In this document: one piece after another, positions 30,462 through 39,633 of the stretch
How positions within the stretch are numbered: position 1 is the first letter of the stretch
Layout of the letters: the number at the start of each line of letters is the position of its first letter
Assembly (NCBI GenBank): GCA_048939765.1
Contig: JBHLPF010000019.1
Coordinates: 26,234 to 74,843, forward strand
Length of the DNA stretch: 48,610 bases
Direction: 5' to 3'
Origin: Promethearchaeota archaeon
GTDB taxonomy: Archaea > Asgardarchaeota > Thorarchaeia > Thorarchaeales > Thorarchaeaceae
Notes under the pieces: generated by a model
Seen by the model: only the letters and a program-made list of their open reading frames with translations
What the model was told of the DNA's origin: nothing
Databases searched by the model: none
Made by a program: the position numbers and the translations under genes

Positions 30462-31454
30462 TCACTTTCTCAGTCTATCAGCGATGACTGCAATCATAAG
30501 GGTGGCCATAATAGCTGCTAGGCCAAGAGCAGGGTCAATTTCCATCGGAGGCAATGTGGGACTGGGTTCTGCTGTAGTTGTCGAAGAAGATGTAGTCGTA
30601 GAAGATGTCGTTGCAGTTTCAAATCCATTTTCGGAAAGCCAGAGCCCGATTTGTAGCATCATGTTCCATTCTGATCCCTCATCATCATACACATTATCCC
30701 ATGCCACCCCGTCTCGGTCAGCATCCTCTTCCCATTCAACGTGGGGACCCGAAAGAACTATCCGCCCCTGGCCATACTCATAGGATATTATAGCTGGCTC
30801 ATCATTGACATCGTACGTGGCGATAACATTCACTCCGTCTGTTCCGGCGGTTTCAAAATATGGTCCACCGTAGTACATCACAGTGTGAGAGTCTGGCTCT
30901 CCAGATAGATCCATTTCAGTGACCGCCTTGTTCAGGATTATCCTTGTCATGTTATGACCTGGCCAGGCTGCAATTTCTTCTATGGGTCCTATGCCCAGAT
31001 TCGGGTAAAGGTCAAGTGAATATCCAATGTTTCCGCCCTCCCATCTAATGTTGTCACACGCAAAGTAAGCCCCAGCACAGACTCCAAAAAAGGCTCCTCC
31101 ATTCTCAACAAAGTTCCGTATCCTAACGACCCCCGAATTGGTGAGGTCTTGAAAATACGACCACGCCCATCCTCCTGGTATGGCAATGATGTCATAATCA
31201 ACAAGTATGTCATTTCTAATGTCTGCAGCAGTCACGACATCAACTGTAGCGTTCATCCATCTAAACATCCAGAAGAGAGCTGTGCGACTTGAAAGACTAG
31301 ATGATTGTTCATCGGTTACGCCTTCATAGACAGCCACCTTGATTCCAGTCAGGTCGGTTGGTTGAACTTCGTCTGAATACGCGGGATTCGCAACAGCCAA
31401 TGTCACAAAGAGAAGTGTAACTACCATGACAATTGGTCTGCGATTGCGTTTCAT
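30462..31454 (-). CDS. Secreted, membrane-anchored BPL-N / class I glutamine amidotransferase-like hydrolase
   Basis: Signal peptide, IAIPGG, GVCAGAY (nucleophile elbow Cys), YYGGP, SGPHVE (His-x-Glu), Ser/Thr linker and C-terminal TM. Confidence 0.8.
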   Translation of the reverse strand: MKRNRRPIVMVVTLLFVTLAVANPAYSDEVQPTDLTGIKVAVYEGVTDEQSSSLSSRTALFWMFRWMNATVDVVTAADIRNDILVDYDIIAIPGGWAWSYFQDLTNSGVVRIRNFVENGGAFFGVCAGAYFACDNIRWEGGNIGYSLDLYPNLGIGPIEEIAAWPGHNMTRIILNKAVTEMDLSGEPDSHTVMYYGGPYFETAGTDGVNVIATYDVNDEPAIISYEYGQGRIVLSGPHVEWEEDADRDGVAWDNVYDDEGSEWNMMLQIGLWLSENGFETATTSSTTTSSSTTTAEPSPTLPPMEIDPALGLAAIMATLMIAVIADRLRK

Positions 31455-31531
31455 TGATCAACCTCACTATTTCATTGGAATACCACTCAAGGTGCAATAC
31501 TGGTTATGGCTGTTTAGGTGCTGTCTATTCT

Positions 31532-31588
31532 TGTTCAGTGTTGAACATCCATGTTGGCACCTTTCTTTAGATTGTTCACACTCTATAA
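31532..31588 (+). promoter_or_regulatory. Conserved regulon promoter element, copy A (upstream of first M28 gene)
   Basis: TGTTCA-gtgt-TGAACA-tcca-TGTTGGCA-N13-TGTTCA-cact-CTATAA, ending 38 nt before ATG 31626. Confidence 0.75.
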
Positions 31589-31625
31589 CCAGACCTCCGC
31601 AGCAAGAAATAGTGGGGACCTGTAT

Positions 31626-33428
31626 ATGGTTGAGAAGACATCCATCTCAGAGATAAGAAAGACCATCGAGCATCTTTGCGCTTTTGGACAGAAGGTTGCA
31701 GGAACAAAAGCGGAGGTCCAAGCTGCAGACTTCCTATATGACAGTCTTGTGAATTTTGGTTTCACGGATGTTGAGAAGCAGCCATTTGATGTTGTCGGAT
31801 GGGATCCACAAACATGTAAGGTGAAGACATCCAAGCCCGTTGAAAGAGAATTGGAATGTGCCCTGTTTCCACATGGGAAATCTGAGTCAGTCGAAGGATT
31901 GCTAGCCCCTGTTGATCGGGAAACCAATGAAGATGATCCAAATTCATCTTCGGTTGGAAAGGGGCTGATCGGTTTCACTGAATGGGGACCTGATACTTAC
32001 CTCAGCCCGAGATTCACCTACTACCGCGCTGCGAAACTGGGCTATAAGGGCTTGATTGTGGCAGCACCAGATGAAGGCGATATGCTGAAAGTTGTAGTAA
32101 TTCCTGAGAGATTCCTCAAAATCCCAGTTGTTTGTATCACAAAAGAAGAGGGAGATTCTCTCCGCTCAATGATGAATGATGGCGAAGTGATGGTGAGAAT
32201 TGAAACCGAAGTTGAAGCAACAGAACGACTGGACTCTCATAATGTGGTTGCGATTCTTGAGGGCGATGGAACAACTGATGAAGAAGTCGTGGTAGGAGCA
32301 CATTATGACTCATGGTTCCAAGGAGCAGCTGATAATTGCGCTCAGGCAGCAATTGTGCTCGAACTGGCGAGGATATTTCAGGATCAAGCCAAGCTGGGCA
32401 AGGTTCCCAAGAGAACCATACGATTCCTTTTCTATGGTGCTGAGGAGAGTGGATCTGATGATTTCTACTTCTGGCTGAATGGATCAAAAGCCTATGTTAG
32501 AGATAACAGAGAATCAGTAGGCAGGACTGTTGCAGTATTGAGTTTGGACTCTACAGGATATCCTCACCCATCAGCAGACTACATTTTTGCCACTGGAGAA
32601 ATGCTTGGATTCGCCAAATCCTTGACTGTAGAGCATGGAAGAGCCCGTTCCTTGACATTTAAAATCCCACCCAGCTATGGCAGTGACCACTGGTTCTTTG
32701 AATTAGAAGGAGTCCCTACAATATACGGTGTTTCAGGAGTCCCATCAGAACATGGCATAGCTCAACCAAGCCCATTGTATCACACGACAAAGGATGATCC
32801 CGACCATTTGGACTATGATGCTTTGCAGTTCTATGCAGAGTTCATGAAGAACGCGCTTCACTATCTCGCAGACGCAGATGTGTTACCAATAGATATCTCC
32901 GTACCACTTGAAAGATTTGAATCAATTCTCTCAAAATACGACGAAATGGAAGGAAACGAATTTGACCTAAAGCCACTAATTGCCAAGGTGAGGGACTTGA
33001 TGAACTTCCAACCCTCCCTGAAGAAGATAGTCGAAGATTGTGAATATGATTACGCCCCTCTGATAAACGAGTTTCTCTTGAAAGCGACTAGGGGATTCAA
33101 TCGTACTATTGGATGGAACACCCGTCCGATAGAAACATACAGCATTAACTATCTATATCGCCTTGAGATGATTGAAGACTATATCCATCTCACAAATGCC
33201 ATTGCGAGCATACGAAACATCCCAGTAGCTACTTTCGATCGAGATTCTGCAAAGAGAATCGAGTCAAAGCCTGACAATCCCTACAATTGGCTAAGAATTC
33301 ATGACTCTCTTGCAAATATAGAAAAAGAACGCGCCAGAATTGGCAAAGAGATTGAGAAGGAGCTAGAGAATCTATCAACAATGTTAGGTAGCGTATCTGA
33401 GGACCTAAGCAAGTTGATGGGAAACTAG
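31626..33428 (+). CDS. M28 family metallohydrolase with PA-like insertion (paralogue 1, complete metal ligands)
   Basis: GAHYDS, GAADN, GAEESG, LSLDS, SDH, YHTTKDD. ATG 31626 preferred because the 31551 start lies inside the promoter element. Confidence 0.88.
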   Translation: MVEKTSISEIRKTIEHLCAFGQKVAGTKAEVQAADFLYDSLVNFGFTDVEKQPFDVVGWDPQTCKVKTSKPVERELECALFPHGKSESVEGLLAPVDRETNEDDPNSSSVGKGLIGFTEWGPDTYLSPRFTYYRAAKLGYKGLIVAAPDEGDMLKVVVIPERFLKIPVVCITKEEGDSLRSMMNDGEVMVRIETEVEATERLDSHNVVAILEGDGTTDEEVVVGAHYDSWFQGAADNCAQAAIVLELARIFQDQAKLGKVPKRTIRFLFYGAEESGSDDFYFWLNGSKAYVRDNRESVGRTVAVLSLDSTGYPHPSADYIFATGEMLGFAKSLTVEHGRARSLTFKIPPSYGSDHWFFELEGVPTIYGVSGVPSEHGIAQPSPLYHTTKDDPDHLDYDALQFYAEFMKNALHYLADADVLPIDISVPLERFESILSKYDEMEGNEFDLKPLIAKVRDLMNFQPSLKKIVEDCEYDYAPLINEFLLKATRGFNRTIGWNTRPIETYSINYLYRLEMIEDYIHLTNAIASIRNIPVATFDRDSAKRIESKPDNPYNWLRIHDSLANIEKERARIGKEIEKELENLSTMLGSVSEDLSKLMGN

Positions 33429-33458
33429 GGGACCAGGCAGAAAGTCGTCTAGAGATAA

Positions 33459-33515
33459 TGTTCATTGATGTTCAACAGTGTTGGCACTCTTCTTATGGTT
33501 GTTCATTCCTTAAAT
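33459..33515 (+). promoter_or_regulatory. Conserved regulon promoter element, copy B (upstream of aminotransferase operon)
   Basis: TGTTCA-ttga-TGTTCA-acag-TGTTGGCA-N13-TGTTCA-ttc-CTTAAAT. Confidence 0.75.
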
Positions 33516-33586
33516 CAATGGAGCAGAGACGCTCGCATCCACATTGAATTCAAGCTCGACTCGGAGCGTCATGGAGAGATTTTGTA

Positions 33587-34882
33587 ATGGTAGATAGAGC
33601 TGAAATAATAGAGAAAGAGTCCAAGTACATGGTCCCCGCATATGCTCGCAAACCCATAGTCATCTATGAGGGGAAAAACACCATTGTACGCGATCTTGAC
33701 GGAATGGAGTACATTGATTGTATTAGTGGAATCTCGGTTGTGAATGCAGGTCACAGTCCAGAAAGGATTGTAAAAGCAGGAGCGGAGCAACTATCGAAGC
33801 TAATTCACTGTTCTGGGCTCTACCACAATGTTCCTCAAACATTGCTGGCTGAGAAACTGGCTGGGGTCACACCAGACAACCTAACAAAATCATTCTTCTG
33901 CAACAGCGGCGCCGAGGCTGTTGAGGGGGGTGTCAAGATTGCTAAGAAGTATAGCGTGACTCAGGGCCGTACAGGTGCCGGTGTCATTGCATTGGAGGGC
34001 TCCTTCCATGGCCGACTCAGCCTCTCACTAACACTCACTGGGCAATCAAAGTACAAGCATGGCTTTGGGACCTTTGCCAATGCTCCCGGTGTTGTGCATG
34101 CTCCAATGCCGTATTGCTATAGATGCCCGCTTGAATTTCCTGACTGTAACACCGAATGTGCAAGAAGAGTCGAGGACATCATCAAGTATCATACCACAGG
34201 CGATGTTGCAGCCATGATTGTTGAGCCAATCTTAGGTGAGGGCGGCTTGGTGGTGCCGCCAAAGGAGTATCATGATCTGGTGCAAGAGATATGCAAAGAG
34301 CACAATATTGCCTACATTGCTGATGAAGTCCAAACTGGCTTTGGAAGAACAGGAAAGATGTTTGCAATCGAAGAGTTCGGAATCAAGCCTGATATCCTCA
34401 CAATGGCAAAGGGATTGGGTGCAGGGATGCCGATTGGCGGCTATATCACTACAGACGAGATTGCGGACTGTCTAGAGTCAGGTGATCACTTCTCAACCTT
34501 TGGCGGGAATCCTGTTTGCTGCGCTGTGGCTCTAGAGAATCTCAACTATCTTGAGGATGCAGGGCTGGTAAAGAATTCGGAGAAGATTGGCGGCAGTCTG
34601 ATGAGACAATTAGAGGAGGTTCAAGAGCGCAGCAAACACATTGGTGAAGTTCGAGGAAGAGGACTCATGATAGGCATCGAGCTGGTGAAAGACACAGACA
34701 CAAAGGAACCAGCGGTTGATGAAACACAAGCAGTAGCCAAGAATCTCATGAAGAATGGTGTCTTGGTTGGAACAGGCGGAGTAAAGAAGAATGTGATTCG
34801 TCTTCAGCCTCCGCTATGCATGACTGAAGAGGAATCTCAGAAAGTGCTGAGCCTGCTCGAAAAGGAATTCAAGCAGCTGTAG
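33587..34882 (+). CDS. Class III PLP aminotransferase (ornithine/4-aminobutyrate/diamine transaminase-like)
   Basis: NSGAEAVE, SFHGR, EPILGEGG, DEVQTGFGRTG, MAKGLG, STFGGNP. Confidence 0.92.
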   Translation: MVDRAEIIEKESKYMVPAYARKPIVIYEGKNTIVRDLDGMEYIDCISGISVVNAGHSPERIVKAGAEQLSKLIHCSGLYHNVPQTLLAEKLAGVTPDNLTKSFFCNSGAEAVEGGVKIAKKYSVTQGRTGAGVIALEGSFHGRLSLSLTLTGQSKYKHGFGTFANAPGVVHAPMPYCYRCPLEFPDCNTECARRVEDIIKYHTTGDVAAMIVEPILGEGGLVVPPKEYHDLVQEICKEHNIAYIADEVQTGFGRTGKMFAIEEFGIKPDILTMAKGLGAGMPIGGYITTDEIADCLESGDHFSTFGGNPVCCAVALENLNYLEDAGLVKNSEKIGGSLMRQLEEVQERSKHIGEVRGRGLMIGIELVKDTDTKEPAVDETQAVAKNLMKNGVLVGTGGVKKNVIRLQPPLCMTEEESQKVLSLLEKEFKQL

Positions 34883-34884
34883 CG

Positions 34885-36684
34885 ATGCTTGGAGGCTATG
34901 GTGTGGAGAATCCTTCGCTCGATAGGATTAAAGCTACTATGACTGACCTACATTCCATTGGAAATAAGATAGCTGGATCGCCCAATGAGCGTCGTGCCTC
35001 TGAGTACATTATTGAATGTCTTCGTGGATTTGGTTATGAAGAAATAGAAACCATGACTTTCGAGATCCGTGGATGGAATCCCAACTCTTGCAGCATCAAA
35101 ATTCTAAAACCAATTGAGAAGGAAATCGAGGCCGCTCTCTTTCCATACTCTCAGAGCCTAAGAACCATAGGGAAGTTGACACAGATAAGTCAGATAGACG
35201 AATACGAAACCAACAATGATGGTGCCTCAATAGGGCTGTCTGATTGGGGCCCTCACCTCTATTTGTCTCCTTCACGCACCTACTACAGAGCCATACGACG
35301 AGGGCTAGATGCAGTTCTAGTTTCAACTCCTGATGAAGGAGATCTTCGCAAAGTGGTGGTAGTCGAATCCGGTAGACTGCTGAAGATTCCTGTCATAAGC
35401 ATCTCAAAGGAAGATGGCGATTTCCTTCTGAGCCTCCTAGAGAAGAATGAGGTCGAGTTGGAAATTGATGCGGACGTCGATATCCCCAATACTGCAGAGT
35501 CAATGAACATAGAAACCGTGCTAAAAGGGCAAGAGCAAGAGATCTCCGAACATGAAATCTTTGTGGGGACTCATGTTGATAGCTGGTTTACTGGGGCTGC
35601 AGATAATTGCGCTCCTGTAGCTATTTTTCTGGAGATTGCCAGGCTACTCCAGGAACATGTTCAGAATGGCGGTATATTGAAGAGAAGTGTGAGATTCTTC
35701 TTCTTTGGTGCAGAAAATGGTGGAAGTGAGGGGTTCTACAACTGGTGCAATGGTTCCAAGGTGTATTGGGACCAGAATCAAAGCGTATCCAAGACTGTAG
35801 CAGCATTTCTGAGCCTTGATTCAGTCGGATTCCCAGAGCCTGCTGCAAGATTCATAGGCACGACTGCAGACTTGCTTCAATTTGCTAAGGGCATTGAATC
35901 TGCAGACAACGCCATTCGAGGATTCGAGTTTTATGATCCTCCAGGGTATGGTAGTGACCACTGGTTCTTTGAGATTTCAGGGGCGCCGACAATTTACGGA
36001 GTTACATTTCCAAGTCATCTTTACCAAACCCAAAAGGATGACCTTGACCACATTGACTACAGTGCAGTTATGCGCTATGCAAAATTCATGAACGATGCGC
36101 TCATCAAATTAGCAAATGCAAGTCTGCTGCCAATCGACATATTCACTCCGTTGATGAGATTCGAAACTATTCTCTCCAAATACAACAAGATGAGAGGCTG
36201 TCCTTTTGACATGACACAGCAGCTACTTCGGATTAGAGATATCCGAACAAAGAAGAGTCATTTCAACAAGAAGCTGAACTCTATTTCCAAGAAGGGAAAT
36301 CATAAGCAAATCCAGAATGCAAATCGGTTTCTCAGCTCAGTGGCTCATCTCATCAACACCACTGTTGGATGGCTATGGAGGGTGACAGCTCCTGATGATG
36401 TTGACTACTTGTCAAGGTTGGAGCTAATTGAAGACTATGTTGCGCTTAATGCCGCTATAATGGCACTAAGAGGCACTCCTGTGGGCAGTCTTACTCCCGA
36501 GTATATTGACAAATATGAGAGCCAATCTGACTTGGCCTATAACTGGTTACCAATACACAAGCCTCTGGTCAAGCTTGAGAGAGAGCGATCCAATGTCTAC
36601 AGGCTCATCGAAAAGGAGCTTGAACTCATTTCAAAGATTCTGACTATGGTAGAGAAGGGAATTAGCGAATTACTAGTTGAATAA
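34885..36684 (+). CDS. M28 family metallohydrolase-like protein (paralogue 2, two metal ligands substituted)
   Basis: Colinear with 31626..33428 (WGP..YLSP, GAADNCA, LSLDS.G, YGSDHWFFE, RLE.IEDY, YNWL.IH), but GAEE is GAEN and YHT is YQT. Confidence 0.82.
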   Translation: MLGGYGVENPSLDRIKATMTDLHSIGNKIAGSPNERRASEYIIECLRGFGYEEIETMTFEIRGWNPNSCSIKILKPIEKEIEAALFPYSQSLRTIGKLTQISQIDEYETNNDGASIGLSDWGPHLYLSPSRTYYRAIRRGLDAVLVSTPDEGDLRKVVVVESGRLLKIPVISISKEDGDFLLSLLEKNEVELEIDADVDIPNTAESMNIETVLKGQEQEISEHEIFVGTHVDSWFTGAADNCAPVAIFLEIARLLQEHVQNGGILKRSVRFFFFGAENGGSEGFYNWCNGSKVYWDQNQSVSKTVAAFLSLDSVGFPEPAARFIGTTADLLQFAKGIESADNAIRGFEFYDPPGYGSDHWFFEISGAPTIYGVTFPSHLYQTQKDDLDHIDYSAVMRYAKFMNDALIKLANASLLPIDIFTPLMRFETILSKYNKMRGCPFDMTQQLLRIRDIRTKKSHFNKKLNSISKKGNHKQIQNANRFLSSVAHLINTTVGWLWRVTAPDDVDYLSRLELIEDYVALNAAIMALRGTPVGSLTPEYIDKYESQSDLAYNWLPIHKPLVKLERERSNVYRLIEKELELISKILTMVEKGISELLVE

Positions 36685-36686
36685 AG

Positions 36687-37586
36687 GTGATGAAAATGGA
36701 AAGACGTCTAGGAGTTGCCGGACTACAGCTAGAGAAAGATCCATACGATGAAGACAAGAATTTCAGCAATCTTGAACAAACAGCTAAGTGGGTAAGGAAA
36801 ACATATCCTTGGGTTGACCTGGTCTTCACAGGAGAGCTATATCTACAACAGTATGGGATAGATGATTGGAAAGATATGGCTCAACCAATGCCAAATAGCA
36901 TGACGGAAAAGCTTTCAGAAATCGCCAAGGATACTGAATGCTGGTTCGTTCCGGGTTCATTTCTGGAACAGGATGGTAGTAAGATATTCAATACAGCCAT
37001 TGCATTCAATCCAAAAGGTGAGCTTGTGGCAAAATATAGAAAGATCTATCCTTGGATGCCTTTTGAAGATACAAATTTCGGGACGGATTTCGTGACTTTT
37101 GATATTCCAGGAATCGCGAGAGTGGGTCTTGTTATCTGCTATGACTTGTGGTTTCCTGAGATATTCAGAACGCTAGCATGGATGGGTGCTGATGTCATTC
37201 TCCAGCCGTCTGCGACCTATACACCTGACCGACAAGCAGAGTTGATTCTCGTACCTGCTCAAGCAATCATGCACCAATGCTATGTCCTCAACTCGAATGT
37301 TGTTAGTTCCAAAGGCGGAGGACTCTCCATATTCGCAGATCCTGAAGGCAGGGTATTGCAGCAGGTTGGCACGCATGAGGAGATTATGACAGAGGTCATT
37401 GACCTGGATAAGGTCGCTTGGATTCGTCAGAATGGGTCATTTGGTATAACGCCGCTTTGGAAAAGTCTCAGGGATTCTCCTCTCAACATGAAGTTCCCGG
37501 TCTATGAGAGGTTCGAGGAAGGAGAGATTCTCAAAACATTAGGTGAATTGAAGGTTCAGAAGAGCATCCGTGAGTGGAAAGTCTAG
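36687..37586 (+). CDS. Carbon-nitrogen hydrolase (nitrilase/amidase family)
   Basis: Glu-Lys-Cys triad: GELY, YRKIYPW, ICYDLWFPE. Confidence 0.9.
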   Translation: MMKMERRLGVAGLQLEKDPYDEDKNFSNLEQTAKWVRKTYPWVDLVFTGELYLQQYGIDDWKDMAQPMPNSMTEKLSEIAKDTECWFVPGSFLEQDGSKIFNTAIAFNPKGELVAKYRKIYPWMPFEDTNFGTDFVTFDIPGIARVGLVICYDLWFPEIFRTLAWMGADVILQPSATYTPDRQAELILVPAQAIMHQCYVLNSNVVSSKGGGLSIFADPEGRVLQQVGTHEEIMTEVIDLDKVAWIRQNGSFGITPLWKSLRDSPLNMKFPVYERFEEGEILKTLGELKVQKSIREWKV

Positions 37587-37641
37587 GATGACTCAGTAAT
37601 GCGATATGCTTTTCGCTGACCAATGTGATTGAAGAACTTGA

Positions 37642-38484
37642 ATGGAGGAAGAATCGATTATGGAGTGGAAAAATGGAGCGAAATGCGCAGTTTGCTTGAC
37701 CTTTGACCTTGATGCAGATATTTCTTGGCGAAATATCTTGAAACGCAATAAGATTGAACGTGATAATCCAGTAGTTCTCTCACTTGGGCAATACGGTCCA
37801 AGAGCGGCGCTTCCACGCATACTGAGGCTTCTGGACAAACACAATATGAAAGCATGCTTCTATATTCCTGGGGAAGTGGCTGAACGTTATCCTGATAGTG
37901 TGAAGGATATCGCCAGTCAAGGTCATGAGATTGGGCATCATGGCTACTCTCATCGGAATCCAGCTAGCCTTGGCATTAAAGAGGAACGTGAGGAGCTTGA
38001 GAAGGGCTTTGCAGCTTTAGACTCACTGATTCCAGAGAGACCCCAAGGCTATCGTGCACCAGCCACAGACATGAGCGAAAACACATACTCGCTCTTAGCT
38101 GAGCATGGTTTAATGTATGATAGCACAATGATGGGAGATGACCTTCCCTATATCGTAGACGTGGGCGGAAAGAGGATGGTTGAGCTTCCCTTCAAGTGGA
38201 TACTGGACGACTGGGCATTCTTTGGTTTCAATTACTTTCCGCCTCTTGAGTATCAAAGTGGCATCGACAGCCATAGGAAAGTGTACGATATCTGGTATGA
38301 TGAGTTTGAGGCTGTCTATGAGGAGGGTCTCTACATGATGCTCGTGATGCATCCTCAAATCATGGGTGTCCCTTCGAGAGCCAAGATGCTTGAGAATCTG
38401 ATTATCAAGATGAAGACTGATGGAGATGTCTGGATGGCAACTCCCCTAGACGTTGCTAAGTTTTGGCTCCAGCAGGAGGACTGA
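37642..38484 (+). CDS. CE4 polysaccharide-deacetylase-like amidohydrolase (PuuE/HpPgdA-like)
   Basis: TFDLD, YGPRAALPRIL, EIGHHGYSH, GYRAP, YDST, MHPQ. No signal peptide. Confidence 0.88.
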   Translation: MEEESIMEWKNGAKCAVCLTFDLDADISWRNILKRNKIERDNPVVLSLGQYGPRAALPRILRLLDKHNMKACFYIPGEVAERYPDSVKDIASQGHEIGHHGYSHRNPASLGIKEEREELEKGFAALDSLIPERPQGYRAPATDMSENTYSLLAEHGLMYDSTMMGDDLPYIVDVGGKRMVELPFKWILDDWAFFGFNYFPPLEYQSGIDSHRKVYDIWYDEFEAVYEEGLYMMLVMHPQIMGVPSRAKMLENLIIKMKTDGDVWMATPLDVAKFWLQQED

Positions 38485-38489
38485 GAGAA

Positions 38490-39248
38490 GTGGGGCGACT
38501 TGAGAATAGGATAGCAGTCATAACTGGAGTAAGTGCAGGAATTGGTCGCGCGTCTGCCCTATTGTTTGCAGAGGAGGGAGCTACCGTTGTTGGAGCCGAC
38601 ATAGATGAAATTCAAGGCGGTGAAGTCGAAGCTGCGATTCGAGAGGCCGGAGGCATGGCCCACTTCGTAAAAGCTGATGTGTCCAGACAAGAGGATGTCG
38701 TGAAAGTCTTTGCAAAAACAAACGAACTTGGTGGAGTCGATGTCCTCTTCAACAATGCAGGCGTGGAGGTCGTGAAGAGTCTGCAAGATACAACTGAGGA
38801 GGAGTGGGATAGGTCAGTCAGTGTCAATCTGAAGTCAGTCTATCTGTGTATCAAGCATGCTCTTCCACAAATGGAAAAGAAGGGAAAGGGCGTAATAATC
38901 AACAACTCATCGGCAGCTGGCCTAGTTGGTTCATTCTCTCCAAGCTACTCAGCAGCGAAAGGTGGAATTATCTCCCTTACAAAGGCACTCGCTGTGGACC
39001 TGGGTTCCAGTAATGTTAGGGTCAACTGCATTTGCCCAGGAGCAATTGAAACACCGATGTTAGAAAGAGTGATCAAAATGCAGGGGGATCCGAAAGAGGT
39101 TCGATCGCGACGATTGAAGAACTACCCTGTTGGCCGCTTTGGTACCTCTGAGGAAGTCGCATACACTGCACTGTTCTTGGCTTCAGATGAGTCGTCTTTC
39201 ATCACAGGAGCTGTTCTGCCTGTGGATGGCGGTTTTACATCTCGCTAG
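38490..39248 (+). CDS. Short-chain dehydrogenase/reductase
   Basis: TGVSAGIG, NNAG, YSAAK, VNCICPG, VDGG. GTG at 38490 follows GGAGG. Confidence 0.92.
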   Translation: MGRLENRIAVITGVSAGIGRASALLFAEEGATVVGADIDEIQGGEVEAAIREAGGMAHFVKADVSRQEDVVKVFAKTNELGGVDVLFNNAGVEVVKSLQDTTEEEWDRSVSVNLKSVYLCIKHALPQMEKKGKGVIINNSSAAGLVGSFSPSYSAAKGGIISLTKALAVDLGSSNVRVNCICPGAIETPMLERVIKMQGDPKEVRSRRLKNYPVGRFGTSEEVAYTALFLASDESSFITGAVLPVDGGFTSR

Positions 39249-39633
39249 CTCTGATTTGCCAGCTGTAATTGGCAAATGCCTGATTAGCCAGAGATGCCAC
39301 CTTCATATCGAACAAGAGGACGCACCAACCGCAGTCTATGTGATCAACTGTCACACAAGTCCCTTAGAGTCTCTAATTGCCAGTATCTAGCTAGTTCGAT
39401 GGGTTCGTAAAACCATGTCAGAAAGACAGCCACGATGATGACTGCGATATTGCAAGGAAAAAGTGCAGTTCTTTTTCTCCTATCTTCCATCACATTGTCA
39501 ACTCCGTCGTCCACAAAAAAAGTGCCAGTTATGCCATTTGCAGGAATTATATAAGCACTCTTCACTCTATTCCTAGGAAATATCCAACTATTCGAATATC
39601 AAATCGTGTAGGGGATGGGACAAGACGCAGACA

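Noticed and set aside
39344-39565. 73-aa minus-strand ORF with one hydrophobic stretch
   Set aside because: No recognisable family, and it overlaps the likely TATA region of the TauE gene. It may be a remnant but cannot be supported.
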